DNA of 63,950 nt, counting the filler, from an uncultured bacterium (lineage in GTDB: Bacteria; CAZSTA01), in assembly GCA_964609495.1 (NCBI GenBank). It is 10 parts of 10 records of this genome, joined end to end, with 100 filler letters (N's around TTAATTAATTAA, not from the genome) between each part and the next. Parts side by side here need not be neighbours in the genome. Positions count along the whole stretch, not along the records: positions 20,916 to 27,619 come from CAZSTA010000194.1; positions 27,720 to 34,408 come from CAZSTA010000195.1; 8 more parts are not named here. One strand, 5' to 3'. The notes under the pieces were generated by a model that had not been told where the DNA came from, made no database searches, and was given only the letters and a program-made list of their open reading frames with translations. The position numbers and the translations under genes were made by a program. Positions 21,163-31,028 of the stretch are shown here, in pieces; the first letter of the stretch is position 1; every line of letters begins with the position of its first letter.

Positions 21163-22530
21163 ATGAGAAAGGTAAATTTGTTCTTGCTAACTTTTATACT
21201 CTCTTTAGTTCTATCCCAGTTAATTGCGATCGATATATCTCTAGCCTCGAGTAAGTCTGGGATCGAGCTATCTGAACACGAACCGTTTATGTGGAATAGG
21301 GATATTCCAGAGCCTACCAAGAAGATCGCAGTTGAGCATTGGAGAGCTACAGATCCAGTTTTCGAAGAGATTATCAACAGGGAGATCGCGGCTTTCGAGA
21401 AGGATCATCCCAATGTAAAGGTTGTCTATAATACCTTTCCCGGAGAAGAATATACTAGAAAGCTATCCTTGGCAGTTGCTGGAGGATCTGCTCCGCTTAT
21501 CGCTGAAGCTGATAGTTCCTATATCCCCCAATATGCCGATCTGGGGTTGGCAATATCTATGAATGACTATGCTAACCCAGATTATATAGAGGATCTTATC
21601 CCTGGTGCTTATGGCTCTGTTGTCTGGAAGGATAATATCTATGGCTTCCCTAATGAAGCCACCAACTTGGAGTTCATCTACAACAAAGATATCTTTAAAG
21701 ATGCTGGCCTGAATCCTCCTAAGACTTACAATGAATTTATCGAGGCTGGTCAGAAGCTGACCCTAAGGGATGAAGAGGAAAAAGTTACGCAGTGGGGTTT
21801 CATGCGGGCTTCAGGAGTAGATGGATGGAGCATGCATGTAACTTGGCAATTCTTGTGGGCGAATAGAGCTACCATCCTAAATGAATCTGGAACTGAACCA
21901 GCGGTTACGACTCCTGAACTCATCAAGGCTGTCCAAGATATCTCTGATATTTACAATAAATATCAGATCGCTCCCTTGGCAACTGTTGACGTCTCAGCTT
22001 TCAGTTTCGAGGCTAGTAATGTAGCTATGACACAGCAGGGATGTTGGATGACAGGATATCTCAGAAATCAATACCCCGATCTCAACTACGGTGTGATTTC
22101 CTTTCCTCTACCTGAAGGAGGAGATCCATTCAATGGAGTTTATGGAGGCTGGATATCCTTCGCTACCAGACAGTTCAATGCAGCAGACGAAGATTCTAAG
22201 AATGCCACTCTATTATGGCTAGCGTATTATGGATCGGGTAAATCTACGCTCACCTTCTTCAGAGATTACGGGACTTTGCCTCCGAAACAATCCACTTATA
22301 CCGATCTAATCGATTTCTCCACTTTGAGCGAGCAAGAGCAAGCATTTTTAGAGCTGATGAAGACGAATACGAGAGCTAGGATGAATCATCCGCGGTATTT
22401 GGATATCACCACAGCTTTGATGAACGGCATCCAAAATGTGATCTACAAGGGGATAGATGCGGCTACAGCTATGCAGAATACCGATGCCGAGATAAGAGGC
22501 ATCCTAGAGGAGTATGAGGAGAGTAAATAG
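21163..22530 (+). CDS. Carbohydrate ABC transporter solute-binding protein
   Basis: Start moved to the ATG after AAGGAGGAG; signal peptide; IYNKDIFKDAGLNPPKTY motif. Confidence 0.9.
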   Translation: MRKVNLFLLTFILSLVLSQLIAIDISLASSKSGIELSEHEPFMWNRDIPEPTKKIAVEHWRATDPVFEEIINREIAAFEKDHPNVKVVYNTFPGEEYTRKLSLAVAGGSAPLIAEADSSYIPQYADLGLAISMNDYANPDYIEDLIPGAYGSVVWKDNIYGFPNEATNLEFIYNKDIFKDAGLNPPKTYNEFIEAGQKLTLRDEEEKVTQWGFMRASGVDGWSMHVTWQFLWANRATILNESGTEPAVTTPELIKAVQDISDIYNKYQIAPLATVDVSAFSFEASNVAMTQQGCWMTGYLRNQYPDLNYGVISFPLPEGGDPFNGVYGGWISFATRQFNAADEDSKNATLLWLAYYGSGKSTLTFFRDYGTLPPKQSTYTDLIDFSTLSEQEQAFLELMKTNTRARMNHPRYLDITTALMNGIQNVIYKGIDAATAMQNTDAEIRGILEEYEESK

Positions 22531-22576
22531 ACTTAGACTAGTAGATGTTTAGATCAAATTAAAAGTGTGATTTATA

Positions 22577-22608
22577 GTGGCTGTTGGGTTGTAAAACTCG
22601 ACAGCCAC
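22577..22608 (+). terminator. Intercistronic hairpin after SBP
   Basis: GTGGCTGTTGGGTT-GTAA-AACTCGACAGCCAC with GNRA loop. Confidence 0.6.
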
Positions 22609-22631
22609 CTTTCAGGAGTTGGAGGAGTAAA

Positions 22632-23546
22632 ATGAATAAAGGCGAAAATTATAAGGAGACCCTATGGACTAGAGCTTTGGCAGCTTTCTTCGATAATCAA
22701 TCGATCACCGCTTATCTCTTTATCTCCCCTGCCTTCTTTCTTCTTTTGATCTTCAGCATCTTCCCTATAGTATATGTGATCTACATAAGCTTCACCAATT
22801 ATAATTTACTCAAAGTAGGTTATAAGCTGGTGGGTTTCGCCAATTACACCAAGTTATTCGGGAATTCTCTCTTTTGGGGAGCGATGAGGAATACAGCTTA
22901 TTACGTTCTCGGCTTTGTTCCCCTAAATTATATCTTTGCGCTAGCTCTGGCTTTGCTTCTCAACCAGAAGGTTAAGCTAAGAGGATTCTTCCGAGCAAGC
23001 TATTATATTCCAGTTGTTACCTCTATGGTAGTGATCGCTTTCCTCTGGAAGATCGTATATAGCTCTGCTGGTCCGCTGAACTATTCGTTAGGGCTATTTG
23101 GCATTCCTCCGCAGAAGTTCTTAAACAGTGTCACTCAGGCGTTGCCTTCAATTATAGTAACTAGTGTGTGGCAATCAGTGGGATTTAATATGATTCTTTT
23201 TCTAGCTGCTCTTCAGACTATTCCTCCGGAGCTCTATGAGGCAGCTATAGTAGATGGGGCATCCCGTTGGAAACAGTTTAGGTATATCACTTTGCCTCTC
23301 CTTAAAGGAATCAGCACCTTTATCATAATTATGTCCACTATGGGAGCTTTCAGAGTATTTACCGAGATATATATGATGACTCAAGGAGGACCGGCAAGAG
23401 CTACTACTACAATCGTATATAAGATATATACCGAGGCTTTTGGCAACTTCAACCTGGGTTATGCCTCGGCTATGTCGATGATTCTCTTCCTTCTGATCAT
23501 CGTCTTAACCCTGATCCAGCTTGAGATAAGGGCAAGGAGTGATTAG
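22632..23546 (+). CDS. Carbohydrate ABC transporter permease
   Basis: LYEAAIVDGAS EAA loop, TQGGP; start after GGAGGAG. Confidence 0.9.
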   Translation: MNKGENYKETLWTRALAAFFDNQSITAYLFISPAFFLLLIFSIFPIVYVIYISFTNYNLLKVGYKLVGFANYTKLFGNSLFWGAMRNTAYYVLGFVPLNYIFALALALLLNQKVKLRGFFRASYYIPVVTSMVVIAFLWKIVYSSAGPLNYSLGLFGIPPQKFLNSVTQALPSIIVTSVWQSVGFNMILFLAALQTIPPELYEAAIVDGASRWKQFRYITLPLLKGISTFIIIMSTMGAFRVFTEIYMMTQGGPARATTTIVYKIYTEAFGNFNLGYASAMSMILFLLIIVLTLIQLEIRARSD

Positions 23547-24417
23547 AACTATGCCCCCCAAAAAATTAATCCAGAGGTCCGGGATATTTTACAATGTGAT
23601 CAAGAGAGTCGAGAGAGTCTTTCTCTACATCCTGTTGATCTGCGGAGTAATCATTTTTCTTAGTCCCTATATCTTTATGGTTATAAGCTCCTTTAAGGCT
23701 AACAATGCTGAGATATTCACCTATCCTCCTCGCTTGCCGGTTATATGGCATATAGAGACCTATACTTCTTTATTCAAAGAAAACATCTTCGGTCGATACT
23801 TCTTTAATACTATATTAGTTTCGACTGTAACTACTTTTTTAGCGCTTCTGGTGAACTCTCTAGCAGCATATGCCTTTGCCAGATTGGAGTTTAAAGGCAA
23901 GCATTTTCTCTTTATATTTCTCCTCACAACCTTGATGATCCCTTTTGAAACGGCTATGGTCCCTCTATACTTGCTGATAAATAAATTTGGCTGGTTGAAT
24001 GACTATAAGTCTCTTATAATTCCAGGGATCGCAAATATGTTCTCCATCTTCTTTCTAAGACAATATTTCCAAACTATTCCCAAGGATCTGGAGGATGCAG
24101 CTAGAATAGATGGCTGTTCCTATGTTGGCACCTACTTTCGAATAATAATTCCTCTCACCGTTCCCGCCCTGACCGCCATAGCGATCTTAACTTATCTTTG
24201 GAATTGGAATTCCTTCCTTTGGCCACTGATCGTTTTGAGTAAACGGGAGATGTATACTCTCCAATTGGGAATCGCTAATCTTCAAGGCCTATACACTACC
24301 CAATATGCAGCTATCTTGGCTGCTTCTGTAGTTGCTTCTGTCCCTATGATCGCGATCTTCCTGGCACTTCAAAGATATTTCATTCAAGGTATCGTGATGA
24401 GTGGCCTGAAAGGATAG
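23539..24417 (+). CDS. Carbohydrate ABC transporter permease
   Basis: LEDAARIDGCS, WNSFLWPLI, QRYFIQGI. Confidence 0.9.
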   Translation: MIRTMPPKKLIQRSGIFYNVIKRVERVFLYILLICGVIIFLSPYIFMVISSFKANNAEIFTYPPRLPVIWHIETYTSLFKENIFGRYFFNTILVSTVTTFLALLVNSLAAYAFARLEFKGKHFLFIFLLTTLMIPFETAMVPLYLLINKFGWLNDYKSLIIPGIANMFSIFFLRQYFQTIPKDLEDAARIDGCSYVGTYFRIIIPLTVPALTAIAILTYLWNWNSFLWPLIVLSKREMYTLQLGIANLQGLYTTQYAAILAASVVASVPMIAIFLALQRYFIQGIVMSGLKG

Positions 24418-24753
24418 GGGAGGAGATAATCGAGATCGGCGCATCGATAGAAACAAGGGAGATTTTATGTAAAAATAAGCACCTTCCAGATCTTTACATT
24501 TAGCTCCAAATACAGCTTGAAAAATCAGCTATACCGTGAATTATGTTTAAGAACGAGGAAGGGGGATAATACAAAAGTCTCCAAAATTTTTGCTCTATCC
24601 TTAAAAAATCCCTCGGCTTGGTCTTTATTCCTTGGTATAATTATCTTGATATATGAGATTAAATATTATCTTGACATATCTGCCCTTATTATACGGCACC
24701 AGCCTTCTCCTCACAATAACGCAAATTATAAGAAAAATTTTGTAAATCTATAC

Positions 24754-24782
24754 TTGACAAATGACCAAAATGTGGGTATACT
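24754..24782 (+). promoter_or_regulatory. Sigma70 promoter upstream of the PSD-like region
   Basis: TTGACA-N17-TATACT. Confidence 0.65.
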
Positions 24783-24956
24783 TTAAACAGAAACTAAATA
24801 TCTGCTTGCAGGGAGGTGATAAGCAACCAATAGTGAAACCAGCCGTTATATTTGTGAGTGGTATTTTTCGCGTGCCACGAAGCATAGAAATGAACGAACG
24901 GTTCTCTTATAACCAATAGTTCTTTGGCACTATCAACACCAAATAGGGAGACTACC

Positions 24957-25008
24957 CGATTTTTAAGCAGGTTTTAAAAAGGTGCGTTTAAAACTTAGTA
25001 GGCAACAT
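24957..25008 (+). repeat. Putative tyrosine-recombinase site (attI/dif-like), copy 1
   Basis: 39/40 identical to 26660-26699; ends GGTGCGTTTAA-AACTTA-GTAGGCAACAT. Confidence 0.55.
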
Positions 25009-25034
25009 AGCCATTAGTTAGGAGGTAATAACAG

Positions 25035-26189
25035 ATGCCAAAAATCATTTTTAGGATGAGATTTATTCTTGCGGTTATAATATTGGTAGGAATAATTTCT
25101 TGTGTAAGCGCAGTCTCTAATTTATCTTCTGCAGAGGAAATAGAAACTGACTACCAAGCAGTTATTTCAAACCTGAAAGAACTAATTGAGAATACCCCTA
25201 CTCTCAAAGCACAAATTGATGAATCTATAAAGGTGCAAGATGAAAAATCTTACTGGCATAAAAAGTCAAGCGATGATTTTATCAAGTTTTTTGCCGAATG
25301 GCTCGTTTACAATCCCCAGCCAGAGGCCCCGGGAAAATATGTCAGGATCTTTGATGAATTTGCCAATTCGGGAGGAGCAGGAGAAATTCTTCTTAATAAC
25401 AATGTTTTCAGCTCGTGGTTTATTGCGTTTATCAATGCTAGAGCACAGTACTTGGATACCGAACGTTCAGCTGCAATCCTTGCGCAATGGATGAAGTACC
25501 CTGATTTAAGGATAAATGAGTACATTGTGCCTAAAGGCGGTTTCAAGACTTTTAACGAATTCTTCTTGCGGAAAGTCAAACCAGAGGCAAGACCACTTGA
25601 TGGCAAAGATGATTCTTCTGTAATCGTATCTCCAGCAGATGGCTCAATCTGTCAGATCTACGCCGAGGACTTAGATACGAATTACAAAATAAAAAGAGAT
25701 GTAATAAACATCCGACAAGCGCTTAACAACAGCCCTTATGCCGATAAGTTCATCGGTGGAGCAGTTGTAGATATTTTATTATGGTTTACTGACTATCATC
25801 ACTTTCACGCACCTATATCTGGTAAAATCGTCTCTATTGGCGAGTATGCCGGCTCATATAATTACAATTTCCGGAATGTAAACTGGTATCGGCAACTTGC
25901 AAAACATAAACGTTCCTGTTATATCATTGAAACCGAGAATTTTGGTTTGGTGGCTATGATTCCAATTGGCTTTTGGACTGTTGGATCAATCGTAACTGAG
26001 TGTAAACTTGGGGATTATATTAAAAAGGGAGAGGAAATCGGCTATTTTAAATATGGTGGTTCTTCCATCCTATTGGTTTTTGAACCTAATGCTGTAAAAT
26101 TTACAATTCCTATCCCTGTTCAAGACAATGGTGATAAAGGCATTCCGGTTAAAGTAAGGCAAAAGATTGGCATAGCAACGCGCCGTTGA
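25035..26189 (+). CDS. Phosphatidylserine decarboxylase-like pyruvoyl proenzyme with signal peptide
   Basis: TFNEFFLRKVKPEARP, VSPADG, DYHHFHAP, GYFKYGGSS autocleavage motif; N-terminal signal. Confidence 0.88.
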   Translation: MPKIIFRMRFILAVIILVGIISCVSAVSNLSSAEEIETDYQAVISNLKELIENTPTLKAQIDESIKVQDEKSYWHKKSSDDFIKFFAEWLVYNPQPEAPGKYVRIFDEFANSGGAGEILLNNNVFSSWFIAFINARAQYLDTERSAAILAQWMKYPDLRINEYIVPKGGFKTFNEFFLRKVKPEARPLDGKDDSSVIVSPADGSICQIYAEDLDTNYKIKRDVINIRQALNNSPYADKFIGGAVVDILLWFTDYHHFHAPISGKIVSIGEYAGSYNYNFRNVNWYRQLAKHKRSCYIIETENFGLVAMIPIGFWTVGSIVTECKLGDYIKKGEEIGYFKYGGSSILLVFEPNAVKFTIPIPVQDNGDKGIPVKVRQKIGIATRR

Positions 26190-26331
26190 TCTAGTCTACT
26201 CTGCAAGAGCTAGACATCTTCTATTGCTCTTTAGATCCGAATAAAGAGAACTACGACATAAGACTTATGGGCAATCCAGAGGAGGACATTAAAAACATCT
26301 TAAGGGAGAGATAATGGGAGGGCACGGCAAC

Positions 26332-26403
26332 GTCGCCTAACTCAGCATAAAAGGTTCGTGCCTTATGGCACTCACCCAAATTCTGCCTTTGGCGAAACTT
26401 TCC
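26332..26403 (+). repeat. Truncated integron attC-like site
   Basis: R'' GCCTAAC (RYYYAAC) followed by internal hairpins GTGCC-ttat-GGCAC and GCC-ttt-GGC; right arm missing. Confidence 0.55.
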
Positions 26404-26508
26404 AAACCTACATCCTAGTCCAGAATCCCAACTCCTCTTCTCAGATGGAGGCGATAAACAGCTATTATATTCGTGGATGGTATTTTTTTATTATAAGGAG
26501 GTGATAAC

Positions 26509-26659
26509 ATATCCACAGAAGAAATAAAAGCCACTATCCGTCGGGTCCTTGACGAAGCATGGAACAAAGGCAACGGGGACGTATTGGAGAAATTTGCGCC
26601 AAAGAAAGCATTGTAAGTGGTAGTAGAGCCTTCCCCGACTATCAAGTCACGATTGAGGT
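26509..26659 (+). pseudogene. SnoaL-like ester cyclase remnant
   Basis: AAGGAGG RBS, ATA in place of ATG, STEEIKATIRRVLDEAWNKGN, then RAFPDYQVTIE in another frame; cut at the 26660 repeat. Confidence 0.7.
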
Positions 26660-26711
26660 CGATTTTTAAGCAAGTTTTAAAAAGGTGCGTTTAAAACTTG
26701 TTAGGTGAAAT
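26660..26711 (+). repeat. Putative tyrosine-recombinase site (attI/dif-like), copy 2
   Basis: GGTGCGTTTAA-AACTTG-TTAGGTGAAAT; contains GTTAGGT (GTTRRRY). Confidence 0.6.
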
Positions 26712-26744
26712 TCGCAGTGAAAATAATTTGAAAGGAAATGAGAC

Positions 26745-27619
26745 ATGAGACAAATGAAAAGAACGATTTCTAAGATGAAACTTTATTTAGCAATAATAGT
26801 ATTGGCAGCATCGATCCTTACCTTAAGCACAGGCTTTATAGGGGACGATAGTCATAAGCCGATAACTCGAGAGCTCATAGATTTAGTGGAGAGAAATCCG
26901 GAAATCCGGGACATGTTGGAAGCATCCATCGCCGAAGCTAAAAAAATAAATCCCGACCCGAAAACGAATCCTGTTCAGAGCTTGTCAGACTATTATGATT
27001 TCATAGACAGTGCATCAGAGCTCATCCCCCACGAAGTACTTGAGAATCCGTCCAATCTCATACGTGACCAAATACTGCAAAGTATCTGTTACTTTTATTT
27101 TCTGGTTGACCAACCCCTGCCTGAATTAAAAAACAAGGGTCTGTACAAGAATGCGATTCAGTACTACAAACCTTTTTCCTCATGGTCGCGCAATTTTGCC
27201 AAGACTTGGGGAGCGTTCCTTGATACCGAAAAGTCATGGAACCAAAAAACTTATCAGGAGTTTTATAACGACCCGAACTTCGGTTTACAGAAAGGGTGGT
27301 ATGAGTCCTCATCTAACTGGAACACGTTTAACCGGTTTTTCTCCAGATACTTAAAATCGCCTAATGCGCGGCCTATCGCTTCGCCGAGCGACCCGACAGT
27401 CGTTGTTTCACCGGCTGATTCCGTCCCTCAGGGAATGTGGGCAATTGATAAAAATTCAAATATCCAGGTAGAAAACGGATTGGAAGTCAAACTTGCGCGT
27501 TATTACAGTGTCAAGGATCTGCTTGCTGAGGACAGTCAGTACAAGGATGCCTTTGCCAATGGCGTACTCACCCACACTTTCCTGAATGTATTTGACTACC
27601 ACCGCTATCATTTCGCTGT
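26745..27619 (+). CDS. Second phosphatidylserine decarboxylase-like protein with signal peptide (3' truncated)
   Basis: WNTFNRFFSRYLK..ARPI, VVSPADS, DYHRYH; runs into the linker. Confidence 0.85.
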
Positions 27620-27719
27620 NNNNNNNNNNNNNNNNNNNNNNNNNNNNNNNNNNNNNNNNNNNNTTAATTAATTAANNNNNNNNNNNNNNNNNNNNNNNNN
27701 NNNNNNNNNNNNNNNNNNN

Positions 27720-28738
27720 CGGCTTCCCTCTTATAGCCTCTATCCCTAGAAGAAACAGATGCCTCCATCCAGAATAGGAAGGGGAAGAATATTAAAGAAT
27801 CCAAAAGCGGTGTTTATAATAGCAGTAAGCTTTATTACCACAACTATACCAAGGGCTACCGCTTGCCCGATCATCCCAGCTATCCCCACCGGACCAGCTA
27901 CAGCATTAGTAGCCTCGATCTGACCCTTGGCTACCATAATGAATGCCAATACAGTGATATATACCGTCTTGCCGATATCACTTACCGCCCGAGGGAAAGC
28001 TTTGAAGAAGCCGTATTTCTCGACGATCTGCTTGGGAACTAATATGACTCCGACCTTACCTACCCCTTCAGTTAGCTCAGGGGTGACCTTGAGAGCCACC
28101 TCTTCCCCCTCTCTTAATACTATTATGGGAAGCTCTCTGTCTGAACTAACCTTCAGAATGTCAATTGCATCCTGCATTCCCTTGACAGGCTTTCCATCTA
28201 AAGATACGATCTGGTCTCCTGCTTTTAGACCAGCCTGCTCCGCGGGAGAGTCGGCGACGACATCGGCTATAACCGTGGTGTCCATATCATACTCAGGGAT
28301 GATACCACTGCTTCCCACCATAAAGAGGATCCACATCAGCAATATCGCCAAGACAAAATTCATAAATGGACCGGCAGATAGGACTAAGGCTCTCTTCCAA
28401 AGGGCTTTAGCTCGGAAGCTCCTCTCGCTATAGCTCTCCCGACCAAGTTCTTGCCCCTCCATCTTAACGAAACCACCTAAGGGGATAAGACATAGGGCAT
28501 ATTCAGTCTCCGCCCAAGTTGGTTCTTGGGTTTCCTCTTGCCCAGGCTCGATTCTATCCCTTCCTACTATATACCAACCTCTACCCCTTCGATAACTTAT
28601 CAGGCGAGGGCCAAATCCGAAGGCAAAGCTATAAACTCTGATACCCATAGCCTTGGCTACCAAGAAATGTCCTAGTTCATGGACGAATACCGATCCTCCT
28701 ATTACCAGAATTATCGCAATAGCTGAGGACAAAAACAT
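27720..28738 (-). CDS. rseP: RIP metalloprotease RseP (M50, PDZ); apparent 1-nt frameshift near contig end
   Basis: HELGHF, IPLGGFV, PDZ, GPVGI, NILPLPILDGG; continuation HLFLLGIEAIRGKP is in another frame. Confidence 0.9.
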
Positions 28739-28786
28739 CTCCCGCCTCCTTTATCAGAAAAGCTTTTCCCTTTTCTATCTTCAAAG

Positions 28787-29584
28787 TTATAATACTAGTA
28801 GTTCAAGATAATAATAGGTGACCGCCACATTGAAGAGGAGTCCATCTATTCGATCTAGGAAACCTCCGTGTCCTCTTAGGATAGTTCCCGAGTCCTTAAC
28901 CTGAGCTTGACGCTTAAGTGACGATTCCGCTAAATCACCCAATTGACCAAATATCGCGATAGTTATTCCCAAACCGAAGATATGATATAGGGGTATGGAT
29001 ATTCTCGATCCAATGAGATATACTAAGAGTATTGCGCAGGTCGCTCCTCCTATAAATCCCTCCCATGATTTGCCCGGACTGATGGAGGGACACAGGCGTC
29101 TTCTTCCCCAAGCTTTACCTATGAAATATCCCCCCACGTCGAAAGCCCAAGTAGCTAAGATAACTAATAAAGTGTAGAACAAACCAGAGGGCAACTCTCT
29201 TAATCCGATGATGTGGCTTATTAACCACCCCACGTATAAGCTAGCGAATATAGTAGAGGCAGATCTCCCCCTCGCGCTTGTGAAATCCTCTCGGAGAAAG
29301 ATCGGCCTGATCAGACTAAGAAGCACCAACAAGGTGATTGTTAAGCTCGTCGCCAAGGGGAAATCAAACTGAGCGTTTAGAAGAAAAAGGATGCTGATAA
29401 CTATCCCGATTTCCTTATAAGGTTTAAGTCCCTTCTTCTCTAATATAGCGAATAACTCATAGAGGGTCAAAAGAGTGATCGGAAGGAGGAGAAAGAAGAG
29501 CAGAAAGCCACCATAATAAATACAAATTAGGACGATAGGAAGACCGACAAGGGCAACCTTTACCCTGGAGAGTAACTCTCTCAC
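28787..29584 (-). CDS. cdsA: Phosphatidate cytidylyltransferase
   Basis: ISPGKSWEG, GDLAESSLKR..KDSG..GHGGFLDRIDG. Confidence 0.95.
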   Translation of the reverse strand: MRELLSRVKVALVGLPIVLICIYYGGFLLFFLLLPITLLTLYELFAILEKKGLKPYKEIGIVISILFLLNAQFDFPLATSLTITLLVLLSLIRPIFLREDFTSARGRSASTIFASLYVGWLISHIIGLRELPSGLFYTLLVILATWAFDVGGYFIGKAWGRRRLCPSISPGKSWEGFIGGATCAILLVYLIGSRISIPLYHIFGLGITIAIFGQLGDLAESSLKRQAQVKDSGTILRGHGGFLDRIDGLLFNVAVTYYYLELLVL

Positions 29585-30432
29585 TTAACATTCCTTAACT
29601 GAGCTATCTTCTCCTGAAGGGCTATATCGCCGATCGGACGTTTGGAAGAACCTTTAAGATCCCCGAATTTCCTTTGTCTTGTCTGATAATCTTCTAAAGC
29701 CTCGAGCAACTGTTCCCTCCCGAAATCAGGCCAATAAACCGGGGTGGTCCAAAACTCAGCATATACAGCTTGCCAAATAAGGAAGTTGCTTATCCTTCTT
29801 TCTCCAGCCGTTCTGATCAGCAGATCGGGGTCTGGCAAGCCAGCAGTATAGAGATAACTCTCGAATAAATTCTTATCTATATCATCTGGGGATAGTCTGC
29901 CAGCCTTGACTTCCTCGGCTATAAGTTTAATAGCCCTTAATATCTCGCATCTACCTCCATAGTTAAGGACGAAGTTAGTTACGAGCCGATCATTATCCTT
30001 GGTAAGCTCCATCGCCTCCTCTATACCACGAGATAGCGATTTGGGCAATCCCGCCAGATCTCCACTAATCAGGACTCTAGCTCCCTTTTCGTTCAACTCA
30101 GCTAGCTCATTTATCAGAGCCTCCTCCATTATATTCATAAGACCTGAGACCTCGTCCTTAGGTCGCTTCCAGTTTTCAGTGGAGAAGACATATAGACTTA
30201 GAACTGGGATATTAAAATCGAGGCAAGCGTTAATAGTTCTCTTAGCCGCCTGTATCCCTGCTCTGTGTCCCACTAGACGGGGAAGTCCTCTTCTCCCTGC
30301 CCAACGCCCATTGCCATCCATAATAATAGCTATATGATTAGGCAGTCGAGCATCTCTAAGGAACTCAGGTATTCCCTTCTCTTCATCTTTGCCCTTTGTT
30401 CCTCTTAGAAGATCGTATATACTTTTAAACAT
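29581..30432 (-). CDS. uppS: Undecaprenyl diphosphate synthase
   Basis: HIAIIMDGNGRWA, FSTENWKRP, NYGGR, DPDLLIRTAGERRISNFLIWQ. Confidence 0.96.
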   Translation of the reverse strand: MFKSIYDLLRGTKGKDEEKGIPEFLRDARLPNHIAIIMDGNGRWAGRRGLPRLVGHRAGIQAAKRTINACLDFNIPVLSLYVFSTENWKRPKDEVSGLMNIMEEALINELAELNEKGARVLISGDLAGLPKSLSRGIEEAMELTKDNDRLVTNFVLNYGGRCEILRAIKLIAEEVKAGRLSPDDIDKNLFESYLYTAGLPDPDLLIRTAGERRISNFLIWQAVYAEFWTTPVYWPDFGREQLLEALEDYQTRQRKFGDLKGSSKRPIGDIALQEKIAQLRNVK

Positions 30433-30458
30433 TACCTCACATTCTCCTCCTAATTCGA

Positions 30459-30482
30459 TAAGGGGGAGGAATCCTCCCCTCT
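30459..30482 (-). repeat. Intercistronic GGGGAGG-ATT-CCTCCCC hairpin repeat
   Basis: 24-bp exact match to 51151-51174; one-substitution copy at 49301-49322. Confidence 0.75.
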
Positions 30483-30492
30483 CCTATTTTAT

Positions 30493-30920
30493 TTAATGGA
30501 GTTCGATCTCCCTGCTTACCACCAGCTCCATCTCCCCCTCAGAGAGCATCCTTNNNNNNNNNNNNNNNNNNNNNNNNNNNNNNNNNNNNNNNNNNNNNNN
30601 NNNNNNNNNNNNNNNNNNNNNNNNNNNNNNNNNNNNNNNNNNNNNNNNNNNNNGAGTTCGATCTCCCTGCTTACCACCAGCTCCATCTCCCCCTCAGAGA
30701 GCATCCTTTGACGAATAACTCTTATAGAGGGAGGAATCCTCTCCCTATTTATAGAGGAGAAAGCCCCCTCTCCACCCCTCCTATATTTATAAGAACCTGA
30801 GGAGGATAAGTTGATCGGCTTCGTCAAGCATATCCTGATGACTTCTATCCCCTCATCTCTCAACTTCTCCACAGCGGTATCTAGTTTAAAACCTAAAATT
30901 TGGGGAATAATCCTGTTCAT
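30493..30920 (-). CDS. Small PASTA-like domain protein (~90 aa once the spurious gap is closed)
   Basis: IPQILGFKLDTAVEKLRDEG..RVIRQR..ELVVS resembles a PASTA repeat; sequence on both sides of gap 30554-30653 is a ~55-bp duplicate; merged end reads EIELH*. Confidence 0.55.
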
Positions 30921-31028
30921 TAAGATCGGGCAAGGAAACCCCCTTGCTTTAGCAGGGGGAGGAATTGCCCATATCCATCTCCTTAGATAAAATACTTGAC
31001 AAATCCTAAAAATATGTTATATTTATAT

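Noticed and set aside
26684-26711. The chromosomal dif site itself
   Set aside because: A second copy lies 1.7 kb away and this one truncates a gene remnant; kept only as a dif/attI-like site
30498-30709. Apparent ~55-bp direct repeat
   Set aside because: Flanks a 100-N scaffold gap; most likely an unmerged overlap
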